This document shows positions 31,701 through 40,515 of a stretch of DNA of 64,000 nucleotides, one piece after another. The stretch comes from Candidatus Bathyarchaeia archaeon (GTDB lineage: Archaea; Thermoproteota; Bathyarchaeia; Bathyarchaeales; Bathycorpusculaceae). Position 1 is the first letter of the stretch. Every line of letters begins with the position of its first letter. Under the pieces are notes generated by a model, which was not told where the DNA came from, made no database searches, and was given only the letters and a program-made list of their open reading frames with translations. The stretch lies in assembly GCA_049515895.1 (NCBI GenBank), contig JBEKTQ010000005.1, forward strand, positions 82,207 to 146,206, given 5' to 3'. The position numbers and the translations under genes are program-made.

Positions 31701-32822
31701 AGCCGCGCCAGAAGTCGAAAAAGTGTCATAGTTTGTGCCCCCGATGTTCGTGGTTGACTGATGGCTATATAGGGTTTGAGATGTTGTCGAGCTTACGTAG
31801 CTTCCAAAAGTCATGTATGAGCCGTCGTCGCTTCCCAGATTACCAGGTGAGCCCGAAACCAGGGTTGTTGAACCATCCAAATTGTAGGTTTGGGGATGAT
31901 TTGGCTGATTATTGGTTCCCATGTTTGCCTCCGTCAGGGTGTCATAGGTGCCGTTTGGCGCGTACTGTTGCGCTGCAAAGTTGCTATGTGTTCCCTGATC
32001 GGAAATGCCGTCGATGCGCGTGTCGGTTTGGTTCACGTAGTATCCGCCTTTTGTGGTTGTAGTGTTGAAGGTTAGGGTTCCGGTGTAGTGGCTAAAGGAG
32101 GAGGCCGCAACCATGATGCCGCGTGCGTCTTGCACTTGAATAATGAAGGATTGGGAGTTTATTTTTGGAGGAATATTAATTGTGTATGTTCCGTCGCTTG
32201 ATACGATTGGGGAGCTAAGTGGCTCCACCATTCCCCATGTTAGGTTGGAGTCTACGTATTGGTAGAATTTGAAGCTGGATTTACCTAAATTGACTACGGG
32301 TTGGTTGTTTTCCTGCTTGACGGTTAAGCTAACTTGGCTGTTTGACGTTGAATGGAACACTTGCACGCTTAGTGCGGACGATATCGAGTAGGCGACGCCG
32401 TATACACCTAGTCCTGCCAGGTCATAGGTGACGTTGAGGTTTCCTTGGCTGTAGCTTGAGTTGGTAAACCAATTGGTTCCTAGCGACAGTGAAGAGACCT
32501 TGAACGAGGTGCCCCACTTTGGGTTAACGTCAACTATGTTGGTTAGGCCACTGTTAAGGTAACTGTTCGATTGATCGTAAGCATAGGAGGAGTTCCCTGT
32601 AACTTGCAGGATAGAGCCGTAGTAGCCGACGGTGAAGCCCAGCACCTGTTTCAGGGCGAGGTTGGTTTCGTCCACGGCGCTTATTATTTGCGGGTTCGTT
32701 TGAGGGTCGTTGTAACGTATCGTGGAGTACGTCATCATGACGCTTGAGATGAGGATAACTGCGACGAAAAGGGAAGCGATAATTGAAAACTGGCCTTTCC
32801 TGTTCAGTCTTAGGCTCTTCAT
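28791..32822 (-). CDS. 1343-aa pilin-like/adhesin protein with class III-type signal
   Basis: MKSLRLNRKG|QFSIIASLFVAVIL N-terminus; Ser/Thr/Asn-rich beta body; sits in the pilus operon. Confidence 0.75.
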   Translation of the reverse strand: MKSLRLNRKGQFSIIASLFVAVILISSVMMTYSTIRYNDPQTNPQIISAVDETNLALKQVLGFTVGYYGSILQVTGNSSYAYDQSNSYLNSGLTNIVDVNPKWGTSFKVSSLSLGTNWFTNSSYSQGNLNVTYDLAGLGVYGVAYSISSALSVQVFHSTSNSQVSLTVKQENNQPVVNLGKSSFKFYQYVDSNLTWGMVEPLSSPIVSSDGTYTINIPPKINSQSFIIQVQDARGIMVAASSFSHYTGTLTFNTTTTKGGYYVNQTDTRIDGISDQGTHSNFAAQQYAPNGTYDTLTEANMGTNNQPNHPQTYNLDGSTTLVSGSPGNLGSDDGSYMTFGSYVSSTTSQTLYSHQSTTNIGGTNYDTFSTSGAASSGYTFSGSMSSSSTLLGKVVYSLQGLSTIPANTWTFNYRAWKDSVSSVSYDAQSSYTYTGGTTTFSWSHNVGSGNNRLLVVTVAVSKAAGASGPATVSNVKYNGVTMTQESTNAYSSNSNPQVRTYIFYLVAPTSGSHSIQVTMSASSTAVGGAVSYSSVNQSNPVQTQNSAANYGSSPSVAVTATGVGQAVYASIGTNLGQVYSITDNNGASDPRWSQTGQKYMGYGDDVLNPSVGTVTLAWQPSKTVGYACCAVLINPAASVAVGKIDVNILIRESSGTLRQTLVSGVAPSGALTTSASTLSGTYNFPAYTVVSQTDYLEIDYYVSASTQDNTNAYLMIDNSGLTLSQQTSVGNLLLPAQYTCEAELSGKSDLNTWNSLLWEMDADATVANANAVFQLYNYGSGYPGSGNGYFTVTNLGASITPYSQSFLSSSSPAPSQFRDSMGDWTMRFTVTASQPFNVNIDSATFTCGDASFGLNLEEQWINLNMTTLLHPTLCIDAGTMSSNKVAVSAWNGATWQTLSSGLVSGWNNMSINSYLNSGSTTFTIKFTKQGDTALNTWQVAAGLIRPQSNQDIFTSLTNPAATVAVELLQNGTMIWLGQNLKVTSQTIPVPPVPVKALHVNETINGVNQQVPFQIEDWASSYTVPLGLTNNATVFGNRQMVVFLVNTHVSAFTLWWNGSSQAVQTSLAYARSPFSYNTNNNYVSNGQLGIQFNVSPFTATSKVLDSGTTSTANFMQINGFTSTYGSGIDYVIVNGVVRDIVQQEAEWQPTGYPGGVPGCPNLYANIVLTLPANATYFTYQLSLMFISSSQPRNINELCPISLTSTINQLQTENGTSQGDPVAASGTQVFNATQTWIHHWSQFTNGNTGAGIMYTDGFNHALYRFDSMSPATPRGALSANSTSETISLLPVMPQSSLSFTYALDVSWYGAIVTFDNSVIPIYNGVSPGLWVLAEMPPIIDVTCGN

Positions 32823-34181
32823 CTACGTGCCTCCTACCAAACCCAGCTGCAAAACAACCAGACGCGAAGTGTCATAGCTGTTGAAGTCCGAACTGTAAAT
32901 CCTCGGCTGATAATAAGAAAGAATAGCCAATGCAGTAATTCTAATGTCAGTCGACCTTGTCAACCCAACGGGAATGAGTTTTCCATGAATTGAACCAGTG
33001 TTGTCCACATGGGCGAACGTGGAGCCGGCAAGCCATGTTTTTCCGCCGTCAACCTTGGGGGTAAAAACCGATGATTCAGCAACCAAGCTGTAGCTGCCTT
33101 CAATTGTGGATGGGACGGCTCTTGTCGCGGTTTGATATATAGATGGATAAATTCCGTAGTAGTTCATCAATGCTTGCGTTGCAGGCGAAATGATCACTTG
33201 TTCGCTCTCAGGGTTGTTGCCGCCCCCCAACGTTATCCATCCGACCGTATCGGTAACGTAGGATTCACCGTTTAGTCCTCTCAAGAAACTGTTCAGCCCT
33301 GCTTGTCCAACGCATTTCATCCCAAAAATGCCCCATCCGTTTTGGTCATTTGCGCCGGTAAAGACTCCCGTGTTGGTAACATAGTAGAATGGGTACCCCA
33401 CTATGCTTGTCCATGTCCAATTGTACTGGTTGACTCGTTGGCCTAAAAGATAACAGTACTGCGCATAACCATCGTTTGAGTAGGGAGAAGTGTTGAAGAC
33501 AGCTGGAATTGGCACGGCTTCCCCGCAAGTGTTAATAATGACAGCGTTTTGAAGACTTTCTCCATGCAGCGGCGTTCCATTTAATAATTCCCCAAATTGA
33601 GCCGTGTTCTGAATCACCACAGTCTTCGCGAAGTAAGGTGACAGCAAGTTGTAGAGGTCACCCGCCAAGCTTTGAGCGTTGTAACCCGTGATCCACCAAC
33701 CGTCGGAGTCACTGCAGTTCAGAATGTACAGGGTTATTCCGCCGCCGCCACTTGCAGTTTCACCGATTTTCTGCGGAGTAGGGTTGAATGTGACGTTAGA
33801 CGATGAAACAAGGTACGAGGATGCCTCTGAGGAGATGCCTAAGTTCGCGGCGTTTGATACAGAATTTTCGGCAGTGTACAGGGTGTCTCCCCCTCCGCCG
33901 CTGTTAACGTTGTAAACGGTGAGGTTGTAGATGATGTTAGGCGGCAGGGAAGCGGAAATGGCTATTTGCAGGTTTTCCCAGGCGGTTGCGTTTCCAGTTT
34001 CAAAGGCTGCTTCGCTCAAGTCATTGCCTGAGTTCAAAGTCTCCAGCGTTGTAAGCGAGAGACGCCCCAGATCCAACGGGGACACTTGACGGGGCCAAGG
34101 CAAAACCGCAAAATAGGATGTTGCAATGAAAGCGCCTGTCAAGATGATTATTACCATTAAGACTTCGACGGTGCGCATCAT
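32823..34181 (-). CDS. Pilin-like (minor) protein, 452 aa
   Basis: MMRTVEVLMVIIIL N-terminal helix with an early Glu; ends LVVLQLG; coupled to its neighbours. Confidence 0.7.
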   Translation of the reverse strand: MMRTVEVLMVIIILTGAFIATSYFAVLPWPRQVSPLDLGRLSLTTLETLNSGNDLSEAAFETGNATAWENLQIAISASLPPNIIYNLTVYNVNSGGGGDTLYTAENSVSNAANLGISSEASSYLVSSSNVTFNPTPQKIGETASGGGGITLYILNCSDSDGWWITGYNAQSLAGDLYNLLSPYFAKTVVIQNTAQFGELLNGTPLHGESLQNAVIINTCGEAVPIPAVFNTSPYSNDGYAQYCYLLGQRVNQYNWTWTSIVGYPFYYVTNTGVFTGANDQNGWGIFGMKCVGQAGLNSFLRGLNGESYVTDTVGWITLGGGNNPESEQVIISPATQALMNYYGIYPSIYQTATRAVPSTIEGSYSLVAESSVFTPKVDGGKTWLAGSTFAHVDNTGSIHGKLIPVGLTRSTDIRITALAILSYYQPRIYSSDFNSYDTSRLVVLQLGLVGGT

Positions 34182-34182
34182 T

Positions 34183-35415
34183 TTAGCCAGTCACCTGTAC
34201 TGCTTTTGTGCTCCAAAGCGACAGCTTAGCCTGATAAGCGACGTCGCCGATCATGACCTGCCGCAGGTCGGTTGCAACCCACTCCTGCTGCGACGGGTTC
34301 CCACCGAAATTAACTGGAAAACCCAGTGCGCTTATGCCCCAAGGCATGATTATGACGCCCCCTAGGCTAGCGCTTTCCTGGTACGTGAGGATCAAAATGC
34401 CTGTCGTGCAGGTTGGCAGGGTAACGTTTTCCACGGGGTTTCCTATGCCAGACATGATGTAGCCGTAGGTTCCGCTGCCTGAACCCAGAGACAATTCGCT
34501 CAGGGTATAGTCTTGGGTTGAAATCACGAAGGTTGCATTGTACTTTAAGCTGGCAGTCGGAGCGTTAGAATTGTTCAAATCATAGCTGTGAGCTAAAACA
34601 ATCGTTTGGGAACCTATGTCTTGAACAACTGGAACCAAGTACTGGTCAGATTCGGAGGTGCGTGTGTGGTAGCCGACTCCTACGACGCCGTCAAGGCGGG
34701 CGTACGCGATGAACGCGTAAACTTCCGATGGGTCGGTCACGGTTGAGAAGGTAACGGAAGCTTTTCCCTGCGTGTCGGTGAATGTGGTGCCGTTCAACAG
34801 CTCGTAAGATGGATATTGAGCGGGCGTACTGCCTAAAGTGACTAAGAAAAGACAATAATTTACCTCTGCGTTCGCAAATGGAAAACTTGCTCCAGTCGCA
34901 GTTAAAGAAAGGGTTAGCGGAGAGCAAGAGTGAGTTTCACTTACTGATACTGTCACGTCGGGGGTCAGGGAAAGTTGGAAGCCGTAGGTGCCTTTTATCC
35001 CAAGCAGCGTCAACGCTTTGGAGTAGTTTAGGGCGTCAGCGTTCGGAGTCACTAAAGCCGCTCCAGCGCCAGGCGTAACCCTCGTGTACATATTATTAGG
35101 CGTCTTATCATATTCAAGCAGGTCCCCCGAGGCGCCGAGCCGCATAAGCGAAAAGGCACTCAACTCGTATTGGGTGAACTCTGGGTCCTGCACGCCGAAA
35201 CTTGCTGGAGTCACATCGCTTTGCCCCCAGTTGTTTGGGCTTCCTGGATTAAGCAGCATTTCATCAAGGAGGTCACTGCATTTCGTGGCGGTGGCTTGGT
35301 GTTCTTGGTAGACGACTGCGGTTTGGATGGTTTGACCGAAAAGGGTGACGAAAAGCAGTATAGCCGCTAAGAAAATGATTATTGAGACTATGTGGTCTAT
35401 CGATACGCTTGACAG
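34183..35415 (-). CDS. Pilin-like (minor) protein, about 410 aa, probable CTG start
   Basis: The frame is open upstream of the tracked ATG 35259, giving (M)SSVSIDHIVSIIIFLAAILLF...LLDEMLLNPGSPNNWG. CTG at 35415 follows GGAGGA. Confidence 0.7.
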   Translation of the reverse strand: MSSVSIDHIVSIIIFLAAILLFVTLFGQTIQTAVVYQEHQATATKCSDLLDEMLLNPGSPNNWGQSDVTPASFGVQDPEFTQYELSAFSLMRLGASGDLLEYDKTPNNMYTRVTPGAGAALVTPNADALNYSKALTLLGIKGTYGFQLSLTPDVTVSVSETHSCSPLTLSLTATGASFPFANAEVNYCLFLVTLGSTPAQYPSYELLNGTTFTDTQGKASVTFSTVTDPSEVYAFIAYARLDGVVGVGYHTRTSESDQYLVPVVQDIGSQTIVLAHSYDLNNSNAPTASLKYNATFVISTQDYTLSELSLGSGSGTYGYIMSGIGNPVENVTLPTCTTGILILTYQESASLGGVIIMPWGISALGFPVNFGGNPSQQEWVATDLRQVMIGDVAYQAKLSLWSTKAVQVTG

Positions 35416-35429
35416 TTTTTTGTCCTCCG

Positions 35430-35909
35430 CTAGCTGCCGAATTCCAGCTGGATGGTTTGGTTAGCGAGTTTTTGGGCGAGTAAGCAGGCTGTCGGCGGGT
35501 TGCCTACAAGCTCTGAGTTTATCCACTGGACGTTTTGCCCAAGCGTTACTTCAGTGGAGGTTGAGAGTTGTTTGCCTACCAAACTTAATGTTACGTCAAG
35601 CACTTTGCATGCGCCGTAATCAGTATTCGAAACCGCGTGCAACGTCGCCGTAGCCGTAAAATTGTACCCTTCTATTGTCGGCGCAAAAGGAAGAGTGCTG
35701 TTGAATTTGCAACTTAGGATAGATGTGTGGTTAAGGGAAAGGTATGTTTGTTCAATGACGCTGCCCAAGCTGCTGGCTGTCTGTTGAAGTTCCAGCGTCT
35801 GACGGTCACCAACCCATTGACCCATCACTGCGCTAACGATCATTGGGAATAGGAAAATCTGAAGAATCAAAACCGGAATCAAAATCATGTATTCAACTGT
35901 GGGCTGCAT
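35430..35909 (-). CDS. Pilin-like protein, 159 aa
   Basis: MQPTVEYMILIPVLIL pilin-type N-terminal helix. Confidence 0.7.
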   Translation of the reverse strand: MQPTVEYMILIPVLILQIFLFPMIVSAVMGQWVGDRQTLELQQTASSLGSVIEQTYLSLNHTSILSCKFNSTLPFAPTIEGYNFTATATLHAVSNTDYGACKVLDVTLSLVGKQLSTSTEVTLGQNVQWINSELVGNPPTACLLAQKLANQTIQLEFGS

Positions 35910-35922
35910 CGATGATCCTCCT

Positions 35923-36783
35923 TCAAGCGTACAATCCTATCGAAACTGAAACGGTACCGTTGTACAACTCCAAAGTTGGAAGATTTGGCCCGATGAATGT
36001 TCGAGTTTCGGTCATGGTTTTGAAAGGGAAGAACGATGAATCGAAACCTTTGCTTGCCAACGGAAAAGACGCCGTGATGGACACTGTAGTGACCCCCGCT
36101 GTCACGTCTTGATCGACGTTTCGGCAGATCAGTGTAACGGATTGCGAGAGACCAGGGCTGGTTCCGTTTGTCAACAAGGGCAAGTAGAACTGAACGTAAT
36201 TCTGGGAGCCAACAACGGTGTTCATCATTCTGATGGTTGGAACTATAACTATTCTCGCGAAGTTTCCGTCGCTCATAGGCAACTTTTCGATTGCGTAAAC
36301 ACAGGTGTCGGGCGCTGCGGAGCCATTCTGCAGAAACTCTCGGTTTCCCTGCGATAGGACACTCAAGTAGTTTTTGCCGAGCGAATATTCGGTCGTGGGC
36401 ACATTGTACAGGATTATGCCAGTGTGAAAAGTGCGCCAGACCACGTTGTTAACGGTTATCGTGTACGTCAACGCGTTAGGCAATGCTTCTAAGCTGCCGT
36501 AGGTGCTTGAGTACTGTATTGTTTGAGCCCTATCAATCATCCAAGCAACATTATCGATTTGGAGACCTGTGGTAAGCATGAACTGCTGGTTGGTGCTGAA
36601 CTCATTTTGGGCTATGCTTGAGGCAAGATACCTTTGCCCGTACGACATGGCAACGAGAACCAAGACAATAATGGCGGCAGTCATGATTACCGTGGAGATG
36701 GCGGGGCTAAGTCCTCTGCTGTCTTTACGCAGCAGTTTTCTTTTACCCCGAAGCCTTATTGACCACATTTTTTGCATCTCCAA
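35923..36783 (-). CDS. Archaeal type IV pilin-like protein with class III signal
   Basis: RKDSRG|LSPAISTVIMTAAIIVL matches the archaeal [KR][GA]-[ILV]S-P consensus. Confidence 0.8.
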   Translation of the reverse strand: MEMQKMWSIRLRGKRKLLRKDSRGLSPAISTVIMTAAIIVLVLVAMSYGQRYLASSIAQNEFSTNQQFMLTTGLQIDNVAWMIDRAQTIQYSSTYGSLEALPNALTYTITVNNVVWRTFHTGIILYNVPTTEYSLGKNYLSVLSQGNREFLQNGSAAPDTCVYAIEKLPMSDGNFARIVIVPTIRMMNTVVGSQNYVQFYLPLLTNGTSPGLSQSVTLICRNVDQDVTAGVTTVSITASFPLASKGFDSSFFPFKTMTETRTFIGPNLPTLELYNGTVSVSIGLYA

Positions 36784-38511
36784 TCAAAGCTTAATAAACA
36801 TCGGAATCAGCTTTGCAGCAACCACGGCTATGACGACCAGAACTGCGGCGTGTTTGAATCCTGCAGCGATAGATTCCTCACTGATTTTTCCGGCTACTAT
36901 ACCGATTAGGTAGCTGTTGAAGACCACTGAAGTAAGGAATATTGTCTGCACCATGCCCTTTGCCGCTGCACTCGTCGCTGTGACACCTGTAGTTGTCGTG
37001 TTAAAGCCAGTTGTGAAACTCAACATCATCGTTGTCGTTGCGACAAGAAGAACCGCAGCGAGATACGGCATCATTATGTATGGGCGGACCGACATTTTCT
37101 TTTCTTTTTCCACTTCGGAAGTCAAATTGTTAAAGCTGGCCAAAGATTCAATCATGGCGATGGTTCCGCCGCCTACATCAACAGTTTCCACCAACAGAAA
37201 CATCACGATCTGAACCATCCAACTTTTAGTCCGATGCAAGAAATCCATCATAACCCGCTTCAGAGGAATTCCCCAGGAAATTTCTGCGCTGATCTTTCGC
37301 AGTTCTCTGCTGAAGGCTCCGTAGTCTCGTTTGGACAAGCTTTCAATGCATTTTTCCGGTGACAAACCAGTTTTTCGAACTTCCGTCAAGTCACGAAGGA
37401 AACTAGTGACCCCCGCCTCCAAGCTACTTTGTCTCTTAGCCATTTTCAAGTGCACGATCCCTGCTGGCGCTGCAGAGATGCAAAGGGCTGCAGCTATGGC
37501 TATGGGCAAGTCGAGACCCGATGATATCAAGGTGGTGAAGACCGGCAGTTTTGTCGCGCCCATAAAGTTGGTAAGCAGCAGCAATACGACTACGCCTACG
37601 GCGGATGAAGCGGCGAAGATTTTGTATGGCTTCATTTCAATAATAGGCGTCCTCGGTTGCATGCTGTGAGCCATATAAATGAACATTACCGAGAGCAAAG
37701 GCGTGAAAAGGTAAGTGTACATGAGTATTCCCGAGAAAGTTGAAAGGGTTGGGTTAGCAGTTGTTGCTCCACCTTGAACCTGCTGCACAGCGAACAGTAT
37801 GTAGAAGCAAAGCGACATCATAACCATGACAATAATGAAAGTTTCCAGCAACATTCCGAGGCGTTCTGCAGCTGCTTTGACGCGTAATGCTCGGGTTTTG
37901 AATATGTCTTCGGCTTTACGTTCGAGGAAGTGCCCGATGTCGCCGCCGATAATGACAGTTGAGGCGTAGCCACTTAGAAAGTCTTTGAATATATCCAGCG
38001 GATTCTTTTTCGCAGCTTGCTCAAGTGCTGTCAGAGGATCCACACCGAAGACTTCAACATCTTTCATAATGTCTTGCGCTTCTTTAGACATCGCAGGCAT
38101 CAAGTCAACATCAGACAAACGCTTAAAACTGGTGTATGGAGCAATTCCTCCAGACGCCATAACGCTAATGTATGCAGCTGCGAAAGGCATCTCCCGTTCC
38201 AAGGCTGAAGACCTATCGCTGGCCTTGGATGTCGGCATGAATAGGAATCCAACTGCAGCAAAGGCCGGGATTGGGACAAGAATCAGCAGCGGCATAAAAT
38301 GAGTAAATATAACAAGCAATATGCCCAGGACTGAAACTGGAAGAGTAAGCAGGATAGTGAAGAACATCATAGAAATGTAAGTGTCATGAAATATTCTGAC
38401 GCGGCCTTTCTCCAAAGCCTCCTTGATAGGGAAAACATGTTCCTGAAAATACTGGGCCAGACGCCCAAACAGGCGATATGAAAGGGCCTCAAATTTTTGG
38501 CTCAGCGGCAA
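36784..38511 (-). CDS. Type II secretion F-domain / TadC-FlaJ-like platform protein
   Basis: Two T2SF repeats (LEREMPFAAAYISVMASGG; FLRDLTEVRKTGLSPE) with TM segments. Confidence 0.92.
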   Translation of the reverse strand: MPLSQKFEALSYRLFGRLAQYFQEHVFPIKEALEKGRVRIFHDTYISMMFFTILLTLPVSVLGILLVIFTHFMPLLILVPIPAFAAVGFLFMPTSKASDRSSALEREMPFAAAYISVMASGGIAPYTSFKRLSDVDLMPAMSKEAQDIMKDVEVFGVDPLTALEQAAKKNPLDIFKDFLSGYASTVIIGGDIGHFLERKAEDIFKTRALRVKAAAERLGMLLETFIIVMVMMSLCFYILFAVQQVQGGATTANPTLSTFSGILMYTYLFTPLLSVMFIYMAHSMQPRTPIIEMKPYKIFAASSAVGVVVLLLLTNFMGATKLPVFTTLISSGLDLPIAIAAALCISAAPAGIVHLKMAKRQSSLEAGVTSFLRDLTEVRKTGLSPEKCIESLSKRDYGAFSRELRKISAEISWGIPLKRVMMDFLHRTKSWMVQIVMFLLVETVDVGGGTIAMIESLASFNNLTSEVEKEKKMSVRPYIMMPYLAAVLLVATTTMMLSFTTGFNTTTTGVTATSAAAKGMVQTIFLTSVVFNSYLIGIVAGKISEESIAAGFKHAAVLVVIAVVAAKLIPMFIKL

Positions 38512-40309
38512 CCGGTTTTTCCTCCTCGCTCATTCTAATTTTTTGGTAAAATTCTTTTGGCCGTGCATAGTACTCCGCGATTATGCGCGCTACCTCTTTG
38601 TAGCTCCGGATTTTTTGTTGCCGCATCCAATGCAGAACTTCGCTTCGCCTCTTAGTTTCCTCAATCAAATCTGCTGTCGTCTGACCGACCCGTTTGGCTA
38701 TTGACGCATACATTGCGCTGCTGCTGAGAGAGGCAACTTGCTGGTCTGCAATTGGATCCCAAGTGAATATGTTTGCGTAGTTTTCGTAACCCACGATTTC
38801 ATTCGTTGAAAGGATGCGTCTGTAAGCCTTCTTCACTCCGGACTTGACCAAGTGAACCCTCTGAACAGAGATTACTATGTTCATTAATGGAATGTAAGCC
38901 GGAGAAATTTCCATAGGTTTCTGAGTTAACCTTTTCACGGCGGAATCCAAGTTTTCAGCGTGCATCGTGCACATCCCACCGTGACCTGTTGCTAAAGCTT
39001 GGAACAGGACGTACGCTTCTTCTCCTCGGACTTCGCCTACAATTAGCATGTCGGGGCGGTGTCTCATTGAGGCTTTTACCAAGTCAAAAAGAGGGACTTC
39101 ACCGATGGCGTTTCCGCCTAAACCATAGCTTTGACGACTAATAAGTGAGACCCAGTTTTCATGGGATAAGTTTAACTCAGCGGTTTCTTCGATGGTGATG
39201 ATTTTGCTTCCAGGCTTAATAAGGCAAGCCATAGCGTTCAACGCGGTTGTTTTGCCTGCAGCTGTTCCGCCGAGAATCATGACTGAAGCGCGGTTTTCAA
39301 GCAGTATCCAAAGGTAAGCGGCGAGTTCTTCGGAGAAAGTGCCGGTGTTGATTAAGTCGATAATTGAGTATGGGTCATCCCTGAATTTTCTGATGGTGAA
39401 GGCTGTGCCGAAGGGCGTGATTTCTCGGCGGTAACAAACGGCCAAGCGGTGTTTGCCAGGGAGCGATGCGTCGACTATTGGGAAAGCGGAGCTTACATGT
39501 TTCCCAGCCATGTGAACAAGTTTTCCAACCATGTTATCGAGGATTTCGTCGTTTTCGAATTGAACGTTGGTTTCGATGCTTTCAAAGGTTCGATGCCAAA
39601 TGTAAACTGATTTGTTAACACCGTCGCAAGAAATATCTTCAATGTTGGGGTCGCGCATTAACGGGTCAATTTTGCCGAAACCAACAAGGTCCCGTTCTGC
39701 ATGATAGAGGATTTTGTACCATGAAACGTCAGGCAACCAGCCGAGGCTAATGCGGTACTTATCCACGATTTTCTTGGCTTCTTCGGCGAAGAATTTTCTG
39801 GGGTCTGGGATTTCTTCTTTCGGCGACTCGATTTCAGCAAGTAATATTTCAAGAACGCGATTGTATATTCCCCGTTCAAAATTGTCTAGTTGAAGCTCGT
39901 CTAGAATGTAACGATATTCTCCTGTTTTTGGGTCTTGAACAATGAAAACCTGTGCAAACGGCTCGTAAAGAGAATACTTGTCGATTACTTTCAATGATTT
40001 AGGCAAGGCCTTGTTCACAGTCGGAAGGTCTTGTTCTAGTTTTTTCTTCTTGAAGATGGAACTTAATTTGGGCAGCTTGAATCTCTTTTTTGTGTTTTCT
40101 TTTTTGTTTTCTTTGGTCTTGATTTCTTGTGGTGCTATTTCTTGTTTTGCCGGTTTTTTCTTTGGTTTTAGTTTGGCAAAGGCTTGATTCAGTTTTTCTT
40201 TTAAGCTTTGGTTTGCCATTGTTGGTTTATCTTGTTTTGCCGGCTTTTTCTTTGGTTTTAGTTTGGCAAAAGCTTGATTCAGTTTTTCTTTTAAGCTTTG
40301 GTTGGGCAT
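38489..40309 (-). CDS. Type II/IV secretion ATPase (VirB11/FlaI/TadA-like)
   Basis: DPNIEDISCDG, FTIRKF, Walker A GGTAAGKTT, Walker B IVGEVRG and His box GHGGMCTMHA. Confidence 0.95.
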   Translation of the reverse strand: MPNQSLKEKLNQAFAKLKPKKKPAKQDKPTMANQSLKEKLNQAFAKLKPKKKPAKQEIAPQEIKTKENKKENTKKRFKLPKLSSIFKKKKLEQDLPTVNKALPKSLKVIDKYSLYEPFAQVFIVQDPKTGEYRYILDELQLDNFERGIYNRVLEILLAEIESPKEEIPDPRKFFAEEAKKIVDKYRISLGWLPDVSWYKILYHAERDLVGFGKIDPLMRDPNIEDISCDGVNKSVYIWHRTFESIETNVQFENDEILDNMVGKLVHMAGKHVSSAFPIVDASLPGKHRLAVCYRREITPFGTAFTIRKFRDDPYSIIDLINTGTFSEELAAYLWILLENRASVMILGGTAAGKTTALNAMACLIKPGSKIITIEETAELNLSHENWVSLISRQSYGLGGNAIGEVPLFDLVKASMRHRPDMLIVGEVRGEEAYVLFQALATGHGGMCTMHAENLDSAVKRLTQKPMEISPAYIPLMNIVISVQRVHLVKSGVKKAYRRILSTNEIVGYENYANIFTWDPIADQQVASLSSSAMYASIAKRVGQTTADLIEETKRRSEVLHWMRQQKIRSYKEVARIIAEYYARPKEFYQKIRMSEEEKPVAAEPKI

Positions 40310-40320
40310 TGTTGGTCTAT
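40141..40320. repeat. Tandem 90-bp duplication covering the ATPase start codon and leader
   Basis: 40141-40230 and 40231-40320 are near-identical; they encode NQSLKEKLNQAFAKLKPKKKPAKQ twice. Confidence 0.9.
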
Positions 40321-40515
40321 CTTAGGGTTCGGTTTTTCAGCTATTAAATATTATGTCTCAATATACACTAATGTCGAAGTGTTTAACACAACTACACCAA
40401 ACAACCAAGCAACAATCTACCCACTCCTCAAAACCCTCCCGCAACATCACAACAAATTTAAACCAACAAGTTATGTCACTACACAAAAGATCATGCTCTG
40501 ACCGATGTGTGCAGC

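Noticed and set aside
27881-40309. Archaellum operon
   Set aside because: No archaellin, FlaH, FlaF or FlaG; the subunits are large pilin-like proteins instead.
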